A stretch of DNA of 51,555 nucleotides, counting the filler, from Diploschistes diacapsis (lineage: Eukaryota), in NCBI GenBank assembly GCA_023645945.1. It is 3 parts of 3 records of this genome, joined end to end, with 100 filler letters (N's around TTAATTAATTAA, not from the genome) between each part and the next. Parts side by side here need not be neighbours in the genome. Positions count along the whole stretch, not along the records: positions 34,447 to 51,555 come from JALAIB010000469.1; 2 more parts are not named here. The stretch is one strand, 5' to 3'. The notes under the pieces are model-generated. The model was not told where the DNA came from, ran no database searches, and saw only the letters and a list, made by a program, of their open reading frames with translations. Each line of letters begins with the position of its first letter. Position 1 is the first letter of the stretch. Below are positions 50,401 through 51,555 of the stretch, one piece after another. The position numbers and the translations under genes were made by a program.

Positions 50401-51555
50401 GTGACGCCGAGGCAAACAAAGCCCAAGCCGTAGGCCCTCGTGTGTGGAACAACTGTGCCAGCTTCCTCTTCATCGAGTTTGACGTTGGAGATCCCGAGTC
50501 CGACTATCTAGACAACACACGTGTTCATCCAGAAGACTACGAGCTCGGCCGGAAGATGGCAGCAGATGCCCTGGAGCTCGACGAAGAGGACATCGAAACC
50601 GAAGTTGCCCTGAACGGAGGCGGCGCTATAGTACGCAAGCTTATCCGTGACGAAGCGCAAGAGAAAGTCAACGACCTTATTCTTGAAGAATACTCCGCCC
50701 AGCTAGAAGAGAAATTCAACCAAAAGAAACGCGCCACTCTCGAGACCATCCGTGCCGAATTGCAAGCGCCATACGAGGAACTCCGCCGCAACTTCCACAC
50801 CCTTCTTTCCACCAACGAGATCTTCACCATGTTCACTGGCGAAACCGCGGAGTCGCTGGTGGAGCGTATGAACGTACCCATGCAGATCAAGCGGGTATCG
50901 GACGATTCAATTGAGGGAAAGCTGGACTGCGGTATCGATGGCGTCGTCAACGCAATGGAGATTTCCGATAGGATGGACGTCTCCGCAAAGTCCCTCTACC
51001 AATCGCACCAAACCATCCAGGCGCAGATCGTGCACATCAATCGCGAGCGCTTTACGGCCGAGATGACGCTGCTCGAAGAGAAGCTCCAGCGGCCCTTCAA
51101 GCGCAACATGGCGATGGATCTGGCGTTTAATCAGTGGGACGAGCGGCAGGAGTCGAAGGACAAGGAGAACCTGCAGGTAAAGAACGACTTTTCGGCGCGC
51201 ACGCAGAGGGTCATCAAGCACCCGCTCTTCCGCTCATTCAACTCTCAGCAAGCCGAAGAGTTCCTGGGCATGCAGGCCAGAGGCGACGTAGTCATTCGAC
51301 CCTCCTCGAAAGGGCCGGATCATCTGGCGGTTACGTGGAAAGTGTCAGAAGGCGTGTTCCAGCACATCGACGTTCTGGAGCTGGACAAGGACAACGAGTT
51401 CAGCGTCGGGCGCACGCTGAAGGTCGGAGGGCGATGGTCGTACTCGGACCTGGACGACCTGATCGTCAACCACGTCAAGGCCATGGTCAGGAAGGTGGAC
51501 GAGATGATACTGCACGAGAAATACCGGGCTGGTGGACGTGCGGATACCGGTATGC
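47409..51555 (+). CDS. SPT6: Transcription elongation factor / histone chaperone Spt6, 3' partial
   Basis: Acidic N-terminus; [71 protein letters not shown]2 region [25 protein letters not shown]. Introns 47583-47632 and 47813-47861, next donor GTATGC at 51550. Missing from the ORF track because no stop lies inside the window. Confidence 0.97.

Overview
Eukaryotic, intron-containing DNA from a filamentous ascomycete (Pezizomycotina): short GT..CTRAY..YAG introns throughout, no prokaryotic features. The window is three contigs joined by two identical artificial 100-bp linkers (N44-TTAATTAATTAA-N44 at 17132-17231 and 34347-34446), so adjacency across the linkers is unproven. Contig 1 holds AHA1, a giant (~3,100-codon) DUF6606/DUF3638/DUF3645 gene with SecA-like SF2 ATPase motifs that is broken by one stop and two frameshifts, and ~4 kb of gene-relic-like DNA. 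Contig 2 holds ERV41 (truncated), an F-box gene, a small conserved Gln-rich protein, a small secreted Cys-containing protein, a divergent sedolisin/phytase pair, VPS23, a CsbD-like protein, an interrupted F-box-like fragment and an AT-rich RIP-like relic. Contig 3 holds BNA6 (truncated), RSC1/2, a hypothetical membrane protein, RTF1, STE7 and SPT6 (runs off the end). The best candidate for an uncharacterised system is the giant SecA-like ATPase gene; most of the rest is ordinary housekeeping content. Family assignments come from motif recognition only; no searches were run.
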